From: Mobula hypostoma
Lineage: Eukaryota
DNA length: 64,000 bases
Direction of reading: 5' to 3'
NCBI RefSeq assembly: GCF_963921235.1
Contig: NC_086097.1
Span: 208,198,001 to 208,262,000 of the forward strand
In this document: in pieces, positions 1 through 11,745 of the stretch
Position numbering within the stretch: position 1 is the stretch's first letter
How the letters are laid out: each line of letters opens with the position of its first letter
Translations under genes and position numbers: made by a program
The notes under the pieces: model-generated
Told to the model about the DNA's origin: nothing
Database searches by the model: none
What the model saw: only the letters and a program-made list of their open reading frames with translations

Positions 1-659
1 AGCAGATAGCAATGTTCGGTGTGTAAGTCTTCATTAATGTGCATGTGCCTCCTGAACACTTAGGTAGCTCTGATCTCCTACTGAGAGTCTCTCTTTCCTC
101 TTCAGTTTTCCTCCATCTTCTGTGCTCACCCTCAGCCATACTAGTGGCCAAGTCTAATGCTACCAAAATAATCCTTTTTAGGCATAAATTCATTAAAGAT
201 CCATCCAAGCGATAGATCATCAGCACTTGACGTATCACTTACTGTAGAATGTAAAGAATTATAAATGATACCAACATCTTGTAGAAATCAACCAGAAACT
301 ATTCTGCATGTAGGGGATGGTAATGCGGGAACAGAGAAGTAGCATGTCTCTTCACACCCCCAATAAATGTGCAAGGTTACAAGTGGCAGGAGCACTGAGC
401 CTCACGGTGGCAGTTTTGATATCAACTCAAACCTTTACACAAATTTACCTCACATTTACACTACTTTGCACACTTCAGTATCTATTGGGTGCCATCTTGC
501 CTTGATCAGTATTGTATCTTGTGTCTATCCCTTTCCTTCTCCTTTCTTAAACTGCAGTGTTAATTCTGCTACTATCTAATCTGCTGGAATCATTTTAACC
601 TTTATGAAATTCTGGAAAAATCAAAACTGTACCAGTACCAGTATTGGATGGCACAGAAG

Positions 660-957
660 ATTAGCTGGAACGGGCACTGGCTCACAACTCCAGAGACATA
701 GGTACTGTATATTCTCCCTGTTACTGTGTAGGCTTTCTTCATACGCTCTAGTATCCTCCTGTACTCTAAGGACTTGAGGGCTGGTGGGTTAATTGGCTAC
801 TAGAAATCACCCCTAGTGTGAAGATGAGTGGCAGAATCTGTAGGGAGCTTGATGAATGTGGTGAAAATAAAATGCAATTCTTATAGGATTAGTGTAAATG
901 AGTGGTCAGCACAGACTAGGTGGGCTGAATGTCCCCTTTCAGTGTTGTAAGATTCTT
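660..957 (+). mobile_element. Decayed HE1/V-SINE-like SINE
   Basis: Core resembling V-SINE (ttctccctgttactgtgtaggctttc...ggttaattggc) followed by a CR1-like 3' tail (gcacagactaggtgggctgaa). Recalled family motif; boundaries approximate. Confidence 0.6.
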
Positions 958-984
958 ATCTCAACAACAAAGCGTTTTAAGGCC

Positions 985-1465
985 CAAGGGTGGACTCATT
1001 GTGTCCAAAGTTTTAGAGCCATTAATTTCTCAAATACTTGTTCTATATCTATATTAATTACATTATGTTCCTGACACCCATCAGATCTTGATTCTTCCTC
1101 ACTCCTGGTTTTCATATAAATGTTTTTTAATATGAAGCCAAGTGCAAAATATTTGTTCAATATTTTGACTATTTTCTTATAATTCATTATGTCATTGCCC
1201 ATAAAGTGACCGCTTCTCTCGCGGGTCCCGTCTTTTTTGATAGGTATTATAACCATCTGTTTTAGTGTCTTACTAGTAAATTCTAACAACGAGAAGCTTG
1301 AAAATCTATATCCCGTGTGCCCAGGATATCGCTCAGTAAAGAGCGGATGCATAGACACCTTCCAAAGTTTAGTTTCTGGAGCAGTTCCTACACATTTCAG
1401 GGTGACAAATAAATCCCCTTTATTTTAAAAAAAATGGAAAACAGGGAACTACAGAACTACAGGTT
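985..1465. mobile_element. Old CR1 ORF2 remnant in two opposite orientations
   Basis: Minus 996-1260 translates to IVKILNKYFA...VFEKLMALK. Plus 1300-1460 translates to FQSLVSGAVPTHFRVTNKSPLF and then GNYR. These are adjacent CR1 ORF2 segments. Confidence 0.55.
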
Positions 1466-1473
1466 TGTGAAAG

Positions 1474-3192
1474 GAATCAGAATCAGGTTTAATATCAATA
1501 GCTGGCATATGTTGTGAAATTCGTTGTTTTATGGCAGCAGAACATTGCAAAACATAATAAAAACTATAAATTACAATAAGTATATATAAAAAAGAAAAAT
1601 AAATTAAGCAACTAATCCAAAAAAAGAGAGGGAAAAATACTGTGGTAGTGTTAATGGGTTCATTGTCCATTCAGAAATCTGATGGTGGAGGGGTAGAAAC
1701 TGTTCCTGAAATGTTGAATGTTGAATGTCTTCAGGCTCCTATACCTCTTCCTTGATAGTAGCAATGAGAAGAGGGCATGCCCTGGATGATGGGAGTCCTT
1801 ACTGATGGCAGCCGCCTTTTTAAGCCATCGCCTTTTGAAAGTGTCTTCGATGCTGGGAAGGCTACTGCCCATGATACTATGATGGAGCTGACAGAGTTTA
1901 CAACTTTCTGCAGCTCTTTCTGATCCTGTGAAGTGGCCCCTTCATACCAAACTATGATGCAACCACAGTACATCTTTAGAAATTTGACAGTCTTTGGTGA
2001 CATACTAAGTCTCCTTTAACTTCTAATGAAATATAGCTGTTGCCGTGCCTTCTTTGTAATTGCATCAATATGTTGGGCTCAGGATAGACCCTCAGAGATG
2101 TTGACACTCAGGGACATGAAACTGCTCACTCTTTCTACTTCTGATCCCTCAATGAGGACCAGTGTGTGTTCCCTCAACTTCCCCTTCCTGAAGTCCATAA
2201 TCAATTCCTTGGTCTTACTGACATTGAGTGCAAGGTTGTTGCTGTGACACGATTCAGCCAGCTGATCTATCTCATTCCTGTACACCTCCTCATCACCATC
2301 TGAACTTCTGCCAACAATAGTTGTGTCATCGGCAAATTTATAGATAGCATTTGACTGTGCCTAGCCACACAATCGTGTGTGTAGAGAGAGTACAGTCGGC
2401 CCTCCATATCCGCAGGGGTTTGGTTCCTGGACCCCCCGCGGATACCAAATTCAGTGGATGCTCAAGTCCTGTATATAAAATGGCGTAGTGTTTGCATATA
2501 ATCTACGAACATCCTCCCGTATACTTTAAATCATCTCTAGATTACTTATAATACCTAACACAATGTAAATGCTATGTAAGTAGCTGTTATACTGTGTTGT
2601 TTAGGGAATAATGACAAGAAAAAAAAGTCTGTACATGTTCAGTACAGACGCAACCATCATAGCTCTTCTGGGAACGCTGATGCCTCGGTATCAGCCGATG
2701 CCGATTCTCCCGTGATCTTTAAGTTCTTGAGGCTGTAGCGCTTTACATAGCCAGCCAGCCATCCCTTACTAGCCTTCAACTCCTTCCTCTCGCTCACAAC
2801 ACAAGTAGCGAACAAACGAGACGCAAGGCGAACAATGCTCAAACAACGAGTGCTGGAGAAAGAACTTACGGGGTTTTTTTATCCCGATCTGCGGTTGGTT
2901 GAATCCGTGGATGTGGAACCCGCGGATACGGAGGGCCGACTGTATGGCACTAGGCTAAGCACGCATCCCTGAGGTGCGCCAGTGTTGGTTATCAGCAAGG
3001 AGGATTGTCAGTTCCGATCCGCACAGACTGCGGTCTCCCAGTGAGAAAGTCAAGGATCCAGTTGCAGAGGGAGGTACAGTGCCCCAGGTTTTGGAGCTTG
3101 TTGATAAGAACTGAAGGTACGATTGTATTGAAAGCTGAGCTGTAGTCAATAAACGGCAGTCTGACGTAGGTATAAGGAACAGCCTGATGTAG
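1474..3192 (-). mobile_element. Rex1/Babar-type LINE, 5'-truncated, interrupted by a Tigger element
   Basis: KFADDTT motif (gtgtcatcggcaaattt), YRNEIDQLAESCHSNNLALNVSKTKELIMDFRK, and IIKD.HHPGHALFSLL.S..RYRS-type C-terminus. (CTGATT)n tail appears as gaatcagaatcag at the left end. Confidence 0.85.
2393..2942 (-). mobile_element. Tigger/pogo DNA transposon internal-deletion derivative (MER2-like)
   Basis: TIRs cagtcggccctccatatccgc / gcggatacggagggccgactg. TA duplication at 2391-2392 and 2943-2944. Internal ORF 2657-2842 has the pogo HTH-CENPB motif KASKGWL..YVKRYSLKNLKITGESASAD. Confidence 0.92.
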
Positions 3193-3199
3193 GTGTAAT

Positions 3200-4360
3200 A
3201 TATCACGTGTTTCAAATTTTGGTGTTTTTGAGGATGTAATTAATAGAACTTACAAAAATGAATATACTTTCAGAAGGGTTTAGATGAGGTCCTATGAAAG
3301 AGGTTATTAAAGCATATGGAACTGGGGGTAATATACTGGCATGGATTGACTGACAGGCAAAAACAGAATAGAAAAAATTATCATTTTTCTGGTAGGTATT
3401 AATTATGTGGTGCTTCAGGACCAGTGCTTTGGCCTCTGCTATTCACAATTTACAGTATATCAGTGGTTCAGCTGAGGAACTGAATGCAAATCTCCATTTT
3501 GGAAGATGGCACAAACTGAGTAGAGACAAATGCAGGGCAGACTCCGTGTAGTGTGAAGAAATATGAGGTTCTCCACCTCAGATCTTAAAACAGAAAGATA
3601 TTATCTAAATGGTTACAAATTGGAAAAAGTGAAGATTACAAAAACATTTACATCCCCAAGCCATCAGGCAGACCCACTACACCACCACTACATGCACGTC
3701 ACCCAACGTCACTTTATGTACATATAGTCAGTCTATGTACATAACAGTTACTAGTAGATTGTGTTTTATAGGATTGCTTTTAGATTTATATTTATTGTGT
3801 TTTGTTTTGGTTTTCTTTATTGAGTTCTTTATGCTTCCTGTTTTCTTATGCTGCATCAGATGCAGAGTAATGATCATTTCATTTTCCTTTACATTCTTTG
3901 CACTGGAGAATGACAACAAACAATCTAGGATATTGAATCTTGAATTAAACAGAATCTGAATTTTTCATGTACAGCAGAAACTAAAATATTTCAGAAACAA
4001 AATGAGATATTGACCTTCACTGAAAGAGGATTAGAGTACAAGAACCTCAAATGGAGGTTTGTGTGCAATTTTGATTGCTTTATCTGAGAATGGATGTTCT
4101 TGCAAAGGGAGGAGTATAACAAGGTTTACACGACTAATTCCTGGATCTATGAGGAGAAATTGTGCAAACTGGAGCTATATTTATTGGAATTTAGAAGAAT
4201 GAAGGTGATCTTACAAAAGTCTATAAATCTCACACAGGAATAGACAGGATACAATGAGAATTTTCCCGATGACTAGGGAGTTCAAAACCCGGGATCAGGA
4301 ATATGTCCTATGATGAATTAAGATCAAGAGAAATTTCTTCACCCAGGGGTCAGTGAAATA
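3200..4360 (+). mobile_element. Highly decayed CR1 RT/3' remnant, with a LINE 3' end (TCTTGA tail) inserted at ~3655-3947
   Basis: Degenerate FFEDV...DFQKAFD..VP, then G.IL.WI and F...VV segments with many stops. Confidence 0.6.
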
Positions 4361-4399
4361 AAGGAATAAAAACAGGAACAAGCACTTTCTTTGTGAACC

Positions 4400-4627
4400 A
4401 TGGCTTGCTTTCCCTTTGCTTTTGACCACATCTCATCCATTTCCTGCACCTCCAGTTGTGTGTTCACCACGTGGTCTCCTTTCATTGGAGAGACCAAACA
4501 CAGACTGGGTGATTGATCACTTTTCAAAACACCTATATTCAGTCTGCAGGAGCAACCATAGGCTTCCAGTTGTTTGCCACTTTACTTCTCGATCCCATTC
4601 CCATGATGATCTGTTTATGATCCAAGG
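4400..4627 (+). mobile_element. Decayed Penelope GIY-YIG fragment
   Basis: GLL.IGETKHRLGD...HL.SVC...LPVVCHF.SRSHSH, homologous to the 41901-42236 ORF. Confidence 0.7.
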
Positions 4628-5265
4628 TTAGATTTTTAGATTAGATTATGAGGACACGCAGTCCTCTTTTATTGTCATTTAGTAATGCATGCATTAAGAA
4701 ATGATACAATGTTTCTCCAGAAGAATATCACAGAAACACATGACAAACCAACTGAAAAGCTGACAAAAACCACGTAATTATAACAAATAGTTACAACAGT
4801 GCAAAGCAATACCGTAATTTGATAAAGAACAGACCATGGCACGGTAAAAAGTCTCAAAGTCTCTCAAAAGTCCCATCATCTCACGCAGACGGTGAACCTC
4901 CAGCGCCGCAAACTTGCCGATGCAGCATCCGACCACAGTCCGACTCCCAGTCCGTCCGAAAACTTCGAGCCTCCGACCAGCTCTCCGACACCGAGCACCA
5001 TCTCTGCTGAGTGCTTCAACCCTGGCCCCAGCAACAGGCAATAGGCAAAGCCAAAGATTTGGGGCCTTACCCTCCGGAGATTCTCAATTGCACAGTAACA
5101 GCGGCAGCGAAGCGGGCATTTCAGAAGTTTCTCCAGGTGTTCCTCTGTGCTTCTCACGGCTGTCCTTATCAAATCAGGATTGTGCACAACCCCTAGTTAA
5201 CACATTACGATATCATTCGGAACGGCCGTGCACGCCGCGTCACGCCACCATCTTCTCCTCCTCCT
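4628..5265 (-). mobile_element. Non-autonomous retroposon (SINE-like) with (TCTAA)n tail
   Basis: CpG-rich body, 5' end ggaggaggagaagatggtggcg on minus, ttagatt-type repeat tail at left. Imperfect flanking duplication atccaagg/atgcatgg inside the Penelope remnant. No TE protein motif. Confidence 0.6.
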
Positions 5266-6929
5266 ATGCATGGCAATTAAACCTGAGCTTGAACCTGAAT
5301 TTTGAGTCAGGGCCCCAGTGCCCTTAGTTCCACAATCCTTCAAAACTATTTACTGTACCTCCACTTAAAGTACTTCTGTTGAGCATTTGTTGTGAGAAAA
5401 ATGATGATATATTTGCGTTGCAATTTCATGAAGTGCAGCATGGATGCTCGATATGCACAGTAAAGTATCACTGCTTCTGTGTCTGCTGAACATGACACGT
5501 GATGCCTAACACTTATTTTGGATGATTGTCTTTCTCTTCTTTCTCTATCACTGTCATTTTCTGGTTTCTGATCTGTCTTTAACTGTGCTTCTGCCTGTGA
5601 AATTCTCAAAATCCAAATTCATTATGGAGCAATGATTGCCACTTTTGGCAGTCACGTTAAAAGCTGCTTTGGGGCTTATCCCATATGTCATCTTCAGTGG
5701 CAATCAGTGTGTTTATGTTACTGAACATCTTGTTCTACCCTTGTCTCATCCCTCAGATGCTCTCTGTTTCAAGCATTGGCATTTATTTGAGCGGCTGGAT
5801 AAATGTGTTCTGAACAGCTGCATGACTTTGAACGCTAGTCAATGAGCTACTGTTTAAACAGCTGATGGAAACAGTAGGTTGGCAAGCCAGAGAAGCTCCT
5901 GTATTAAAGTTTTCCGTTATTTATTCATGGGTTGTGGGCATAGCGAATAGTGCTGGAATTTATTGTTCTTCCCTGAACTGTATGACCTACTGAATCTCTT
6001 CAGATAAAGTTCAGAATCAACCATTTTATTGAATTTAGAGTTGTATACAGTAAATACTGAGTCAGTTAAAAATGGTCTGTTTTATTCCCTGAAGGACATT
6101 GGTGTACCACTTGTTTGATTTACTGTTGTAATCCATAGTTTTATCATTACCGTTGCTGATTTGTATTCCATATTTTACTTATGTTTCAATTTTGTGCTTC
6201 TGGATAAATAATCCGTACCTCCAAATTCTAGTCAAGTAACTCATCATTATGCAACCATGCTCCTTGTTAGGCGAGGAGCGCAGGTTAAGCACCTCTCTGA
6301 TATCCCACCTGCAAGCTCATTTCAATATGTTGATGGTTGGATCTACCTTCAGCCAACCGTCTTTGGACAAATGCTGGAAAGATATTGCTCCCAAAGGCCA
6401 AAATGTATATCCCGTACATGGGTTACAAATGGGACACCTTGACACAGCAGGACAGGCCCTTGTTGAGATCTCCATCCAGACTTCTGTCCTTAGTTTGGAT
6501 CATTCCATCTGAAGGTGGATGTTCTTACCATTAGAATGTGCAACAAAAATTCACTGGATTGATTCCTGGGATGGCAAGATTGACCTATGAGGAGAGATTA
6601 TGACAACTTGTTTTTAATTCATTGGAACTGAGAAAAATGGGAGATGATGTTATAGAAAATTAACAGATTCTAACAGGGCAAGATACAAATATTCCCTATG
6701 GCTGGATAGTTCATATCCCATGGACACACATTCATGGCACAGGAATACATTTTCTATGTTTCCATGAATAATAACATCTATTATTCAAATAATATAGAAA
6801 TCATGAACCACCACAAGCTGGTAACGTTCAAGAACATGGAGACATTCAAAAATAGAGAAATTCTAAAAAGAAAATCTCATGTGTGTATAATTATAATGCT
6901 AGAAAATGAATTTGCAGAATCACATTACT

Positions 6930-7168
6930 ATGTATTATGTATTTTACATTATTGGTGCTAATGAATTCACTTTATGGACATACAATCAATTTATGTGTAT
7001 AAGTTATCTCATATGGTTTATATTTATTATTGTGTTCTTTATCTTATTGTGGTGTTTTTTGTGTTGCAGTGGATCCAGAGTAACAACTATTTCATTATCC
7101 TTTATACCAGTATACTGGAAATGATGGTAAACAATCCTGAATCTTGGATCTTGAATCTTGAATCTTGA
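6930..7168 (+). mobile_element. LINE 3' UTR fragment with (TCTTGA)n tail
   Basis: Similar to ~3715-3947; ends aatcttggatcttgaatcttgaatcttga. Confidence 0.55.
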
Positions 7169-8462
7169 AATGATGATCTTGAAACATTAGGAATAATAGA
7201 GCCTTTTTTATGATTCCAGTATTGATCAAAGGAAACACCAAAAGTTGCATTAATTTTAGGCTGATGGTACTTCAATAAACTCACAGCATAGTAAATCAAT
7301 AAACTACTTTGATCCTTTAAATTTTAGTTAAGTTAAAAGATGTTGACATGCAGGCAATCGGAATTACAAATAGGATTGGAGGCAGGAAAGGAGAGTATTC
7401 ACAATAGATTTGATTCAGCACAGCTGTTATCGGAGACAATGATATTGGTAAAAGAAGATGGTTTAATGTGGATGGAGATGTCTGGGTTGCCATGACCTCT
7501 GTTTAAAGGAGAAACTGACCTAAGAGAAGGAATAACAGAGGTAATTTGAAGTGAATAGTTAAAAAGCCACAGTTTTTAAAATCACAGTGCCATTCCGTGT
7601 GCCATCTTCTGGTCTGTAAACTGCAAAATAAATAGGCTTCTAAATATGGTCAGAAAACGTGAAGATGCTGTCACCATAGTCAGAGAATCACTTGAAAAAC
7701 AGCCAGTGAAAGGTCTGAATTTAATCAGCAAAACTACTTTTCTGGAAACAAAGTAAAAATTTAGAAAAGTCTGAAAAATCCTTGCAGTTATCCCATTTCA
7801 TTAATACACTTGTTAGTACTTTACGGGATCCACTTTACCACTGCTGGGGAAGTAACATCGACAGAGTATATGCAGCCTTTGGAAAGGTGAAAGAAAAGAG
7901 ACTGAAGTATATATAAAGAGTGAGAACTGGAAATGAAATGACATACCAGTCGATGAAAACAAACAACAGTTTGTATTTATATATCACATTTAACAAGGCA
8001 TAATGATCTAACGCATCTAATGACAGTGTTGTCAAGAAATATTCAACACTGGGATGCATAAAGAGTTATTGGCTCGGCATTTCTAGGGATCAGATAATCA
8101 CCAAGCTCTCCAATCACCTGATTTCTAAGACCCCAACCAAGCATCTCTTTACAAAGCTGACCTGATTCAGAGAATCTGCACTCCAGTTGCAAGCCCCATC
8201 AAGGCACGAGCACATCTTCCAACCACAAAAACGCTGCACAATATGTTGTCAGCCAGTAAACAGTGTAGTCCTTCCCCATGAATGTAGCACAGAGTCAACC
8301 ATACGTCCAGAATGTCTGATACTTGTGAAGTTTCTAACTCAATTTATAAAATTCTCACAGAGCTCAAGTATTGAGTAAAGTATTGAACTGAGTTCACAGA
8401 TTCTGAATAGGCATTAACCCCTTTGAATTGAAATAAATGTATTTTTGTTTCATTCAAAATGT

Positions 8463-8625
8463 TGAGCTGAGAGCCTTCATAAGAACCTGATCCTGATAAA
8501 GGGTCTCAGCCTGAAGCATTCACTGTTTATTCCTCTGTATAAATTCTCCCCCACCTACTGAGTTCCTTCAGCATTTTGCGTGGATTACTCCAGATTTCCA
8601 GCATCTGCAGAATCTCTAGTGTTCA
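8463..8625 (+). mobile_element. Decayed Penelope terminal-repeat fragment with short inversion
   Basis: cctgataaagggtctcagcctgaagc (degenerate hammerhead region) and the ...atttccagcatctgcagaatc end. Preceded by inverted gctgagagcctt. Confidence 0.65.
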
Positions 8626-8859
8626 TATTTTTTTCTCTCACAGAGTATGAACTTTTAAAATTCTCCATTCCAAACATGCGTGGATGTACAATCATTGAGT
8701 TCATTCATAATAACCATTGAAATTAAAGGAATTAGGGACATGGAACTGAAGAAATTGAAGGTGATGTATTGCAGAAATTCGTTCATGATCTCAATGAGTG
8801 GCAGCTCAGGCCTGAGAGGACTGATGGTTCTATTCTTGCAGTTCTTATGTTCTTGTGTA

Positions 8860-9476
8860 ATAGAACATAGAACATAGAAAATATACAACACAATACAAGC
8901 CCTTCGGCCCACATAGCTGTGCTGAACATATCCCTCCCTTAGAACTACCTAGACTTTACCCATAGCCCTCTATTTTTCTGAATTCCAGGAGTCTCTTAAA
9001 AGACCCTATCGTTTCCGCCTCCACCATCACTGCCAGCAGCCCATTCCACGCACTCACCACTCTCTGCATAAAAAACTTCTCCTGACATCTCCTCTGTACC
9101 TACTTCCAAGCACCTTAAAACTGTGCCCTCTTGTGCTAGCCATTTCAGCCCTGGGGAAAAGCCTCTGACTATCCACACGATCAATGCCTCTCATTATCTT
9201 GTACACCTCTATCAAGTCATCTCTCATCCTCCATCGCTCCAAGGAGAAAAGGCCAAATTCACTCAAAGTATTCTCATAAGGCATGCTCCCCAATCCAGGC
9301 AACATCCTTGTAAATCTCCTCTGCACCCTTTCTATAGTTTCTATGTCCTTCCTATAGTGAGGCGACCAGAATTGAGCGCAGTACTCCAAGTGGGGTCTGA
9401 CCAGGGTCCTATACAGCTGCAACGTTACCTCTCGGCTCTTAAACTCAATCCCACGATTGATGAAGGTCAATGCACC
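8860..9476 (-). mobile_element. CR1 LINE 3' end (subfamily A)
   Basis: LYRTLVRPHLEYCAQFWSPHYRKD...ERVQRRFTRM; (CTATGTT)n tail. Confidence 0.92.
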
Positions 9477-10502
9477 TATAGATGGCCGTTACATAGGGGC
9501 ATTTAGAGATGAGCAGGAAACACCAGTCTGGTTAGTAACACTAAGACCTTGAGAAATGAATATGGAAATGTTTAGAGGAACCAGTCCTTGATTCTCCCAC
9601 TACTGGAAGTATTTCTTAAGAGTAAGCACTTGATATAGCACATGATTCAAGTAGAGTACCCCAAGCTACTCAATCTTTCCAAATAACTTCAATCTTAATT
9701 CTTATCTTAGTTCTGATATTATCCCAGCAAATCCTTTTTTACATCTCCAGTTCTTTTTCCCATATGTGTCCCACACTCTATACACACGCCGACTAAGTTC
9801 CTCCACATATTAACAATAGCTTCATTATAATAAACTGTTGAAGTTGGAAATGCAAAATAAAAGCAGAAATGCTGGTAATGCTTAGCAGATCAGTCAGCAT
9901 CCATGGAGAAAGTATAATTAATAACATTCCAGGTAGATGTCTGTTAATTAACACTCATGGAAGGACATCAAGATCTTTTATTCTCTTCACAGATAATACT
10001 TGGCCTGTTGAATGTTTTAGACATGTTCTGATTAGATTTTAAGTAGAGGAAATTCTGTGCCAAATTTTGTGTGCCAAAGGAAACTGATCTCTAAATGTGG
10101 AAAGTATAACTTATTAATCCAAGTAATTCTGAATATTGTTATTATATATTGATCTGAAGCAAAACAAAATAGTGACAACTACATTGAGGCCGGGGTGATT
10201 TATGACAGAGCAGCATTCCAGGAAGAGCTGATCATCTAATCAGTTTCTTCCCATTTACCACAGATGGATCAATACACTTTTTATATTAGTTTTTATTTTC
10301 AGTTCTGCAGTCCATCGTCCGCAATAGTAATTCAAGTAAATCTGGTTCAGAATCTCTCAGGGATCTCCTCATGTTTCTTTGTAGTCAGACTGAACAGACA
10401 AACAGGATTATTCAGGTTGGGTGAGCTCTCCGGCTCTCTGTACATTTTTCTACTGACATGGAAGTAGCTGTGATGTGAAATGTTACAAGTAACACAAGTA
10501 AC

Positions 10503-10730
10503 TGTTGTAATGTGAGCATTATTAAAAGTAAGTTAATACTAATTAGGATAATGGGGGTTTTACTTCCGTTTTTGTTTACTTGTGGTGTGCTCTATATATA
10601 GTGTTCCTGCAATGCCGTACGGGTTGTGAAAGCCTCTGTATATACATATCGGTTTTGACGTTCAAGATAAAGTTGTTTCTTTGGGCATGAAGTTGTCGAG
10701 CGTGCCTTTTTCAAAGTAGAAGTTACCACA
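10503..10730 (+). repeat. 5' LTR
   Basis: tgttgtaatgtgag...agttaccaca; direct repeat of 17512-17739, about 18 differences by eye. Confidence 0.95.
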
Positions 10731-10736
10731 TATTTT

Positions 10737-10747
10737 TGGCGACGAGG
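10737..10747 (+). promoter_or_regulatory. Primer binding site, complementary to tRNA-Ser(GCT) 3' end
   Basis: TGGCGACGAGG just inside the 5' LTR is the reverse complement of ...CCTCGTCGCCA (recalled vertebrate tRNA-Ser-GCT end). Confidence 0.75.
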
Positions 10748-10819
10748 TGAACTGGCTTTGTGGACGTGTCGGCGCGTTTCGAACGGGAGCGGCGGCGCCG
10801 ATAAGGGCCTCACATTCAA

Positions 10820-11745
10820 ATGGCTGCGTTTGGGACTATCGGTGATTTTGTGGAGGCAATGGAGGACTGGCCAGAGTGTGAGGCAAGGTTGGGACACTTT
10901 TTCTGTGCTAATGGAATTACTGAGGAGGCTAAGAAGCGCTCTATTCTCCTGAGTGTGTTTAGCCACACCGCGGAAACCGGGGGACACTCCATACGACGAA
11001 CTGGTCAAGCTCCTGGGGAACCCCTACAATCCGAAACCTTCTGTGATAGTCCAACGGTGTAAGTTTCAGGCGGCCAGGTCAGTCCGTGGCCAATTTCGTG
11101 GCCGAGCTTCGGCAGCTGTCGGAGCATTGTGATTTCGGAGCGGTGTTGGAAGACATACTCTGTGATAGATTGGTATGCGGCATTAATAATGACGGCATAT
11201 AACGCCGCCTGTTAGGGGAAACCCCACCGTTAACTTTCAAGAGAGCCTTAGAGATTGCCCAAGGCATGGAGATGGCTGCTAATAGTGTCAAGGATATCCA
11301 GAAAGGACATGGTGAGTCGCAGTCGGCGGCAGTGCACCAAGTCAGGAGGGAGACAGGTAAACAGGCAAAGCGGGTGGAATGTTACAAGCATGGCAGACAG
11401 TATCTTTGAATTTGCAATCATTTGCATAGTGCGTCCCTCCACACCGGAAACTCAACAGGATCAGGCAGCCACACAACATCTAGAAGAAGCAGATGAAGAG
11501 GCAGCGTGTGCCTACAACATGTTTGCAGTGGAAACAGATGAGGAACCACCTGAACCATATTATGCCACAGTCACTGTCAGGGGAAAGGATATTAAGTTTG
11601 AGATTGATTCAGGGGCTACTGCATCAGTCATTAGTGAGGAGACCTACAGGAGGACATGGGGGTCCAACCTGCCTCCCATTAGACTGTCAAAACTCAAAAT
11701 TAGAACCTACACGGGGCAGCCCATACCTCATTTAGGGATGTTTTG
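10820..11745 (+). pseudogene. gag: Gypsy gag and N-terminal protease (frameshifted)
   Basis: MAAFGTIGDF...DW..EARLGHFFCANGITEE.KKRSILLSV; protease FEIDSGATASVISEE. Confidence 0.85.

Noticed and set aside
5346..5880. Unique-looking stretch as exon or conserved element
   Set aside because: No recognisable protein or motif cluster; cannot be supported without cross-species alignment.
6249..6534. Three overlapping short ORFs in unique-looking sequence
   Set aside because: No domain similarity or exon boundaries that I can support.
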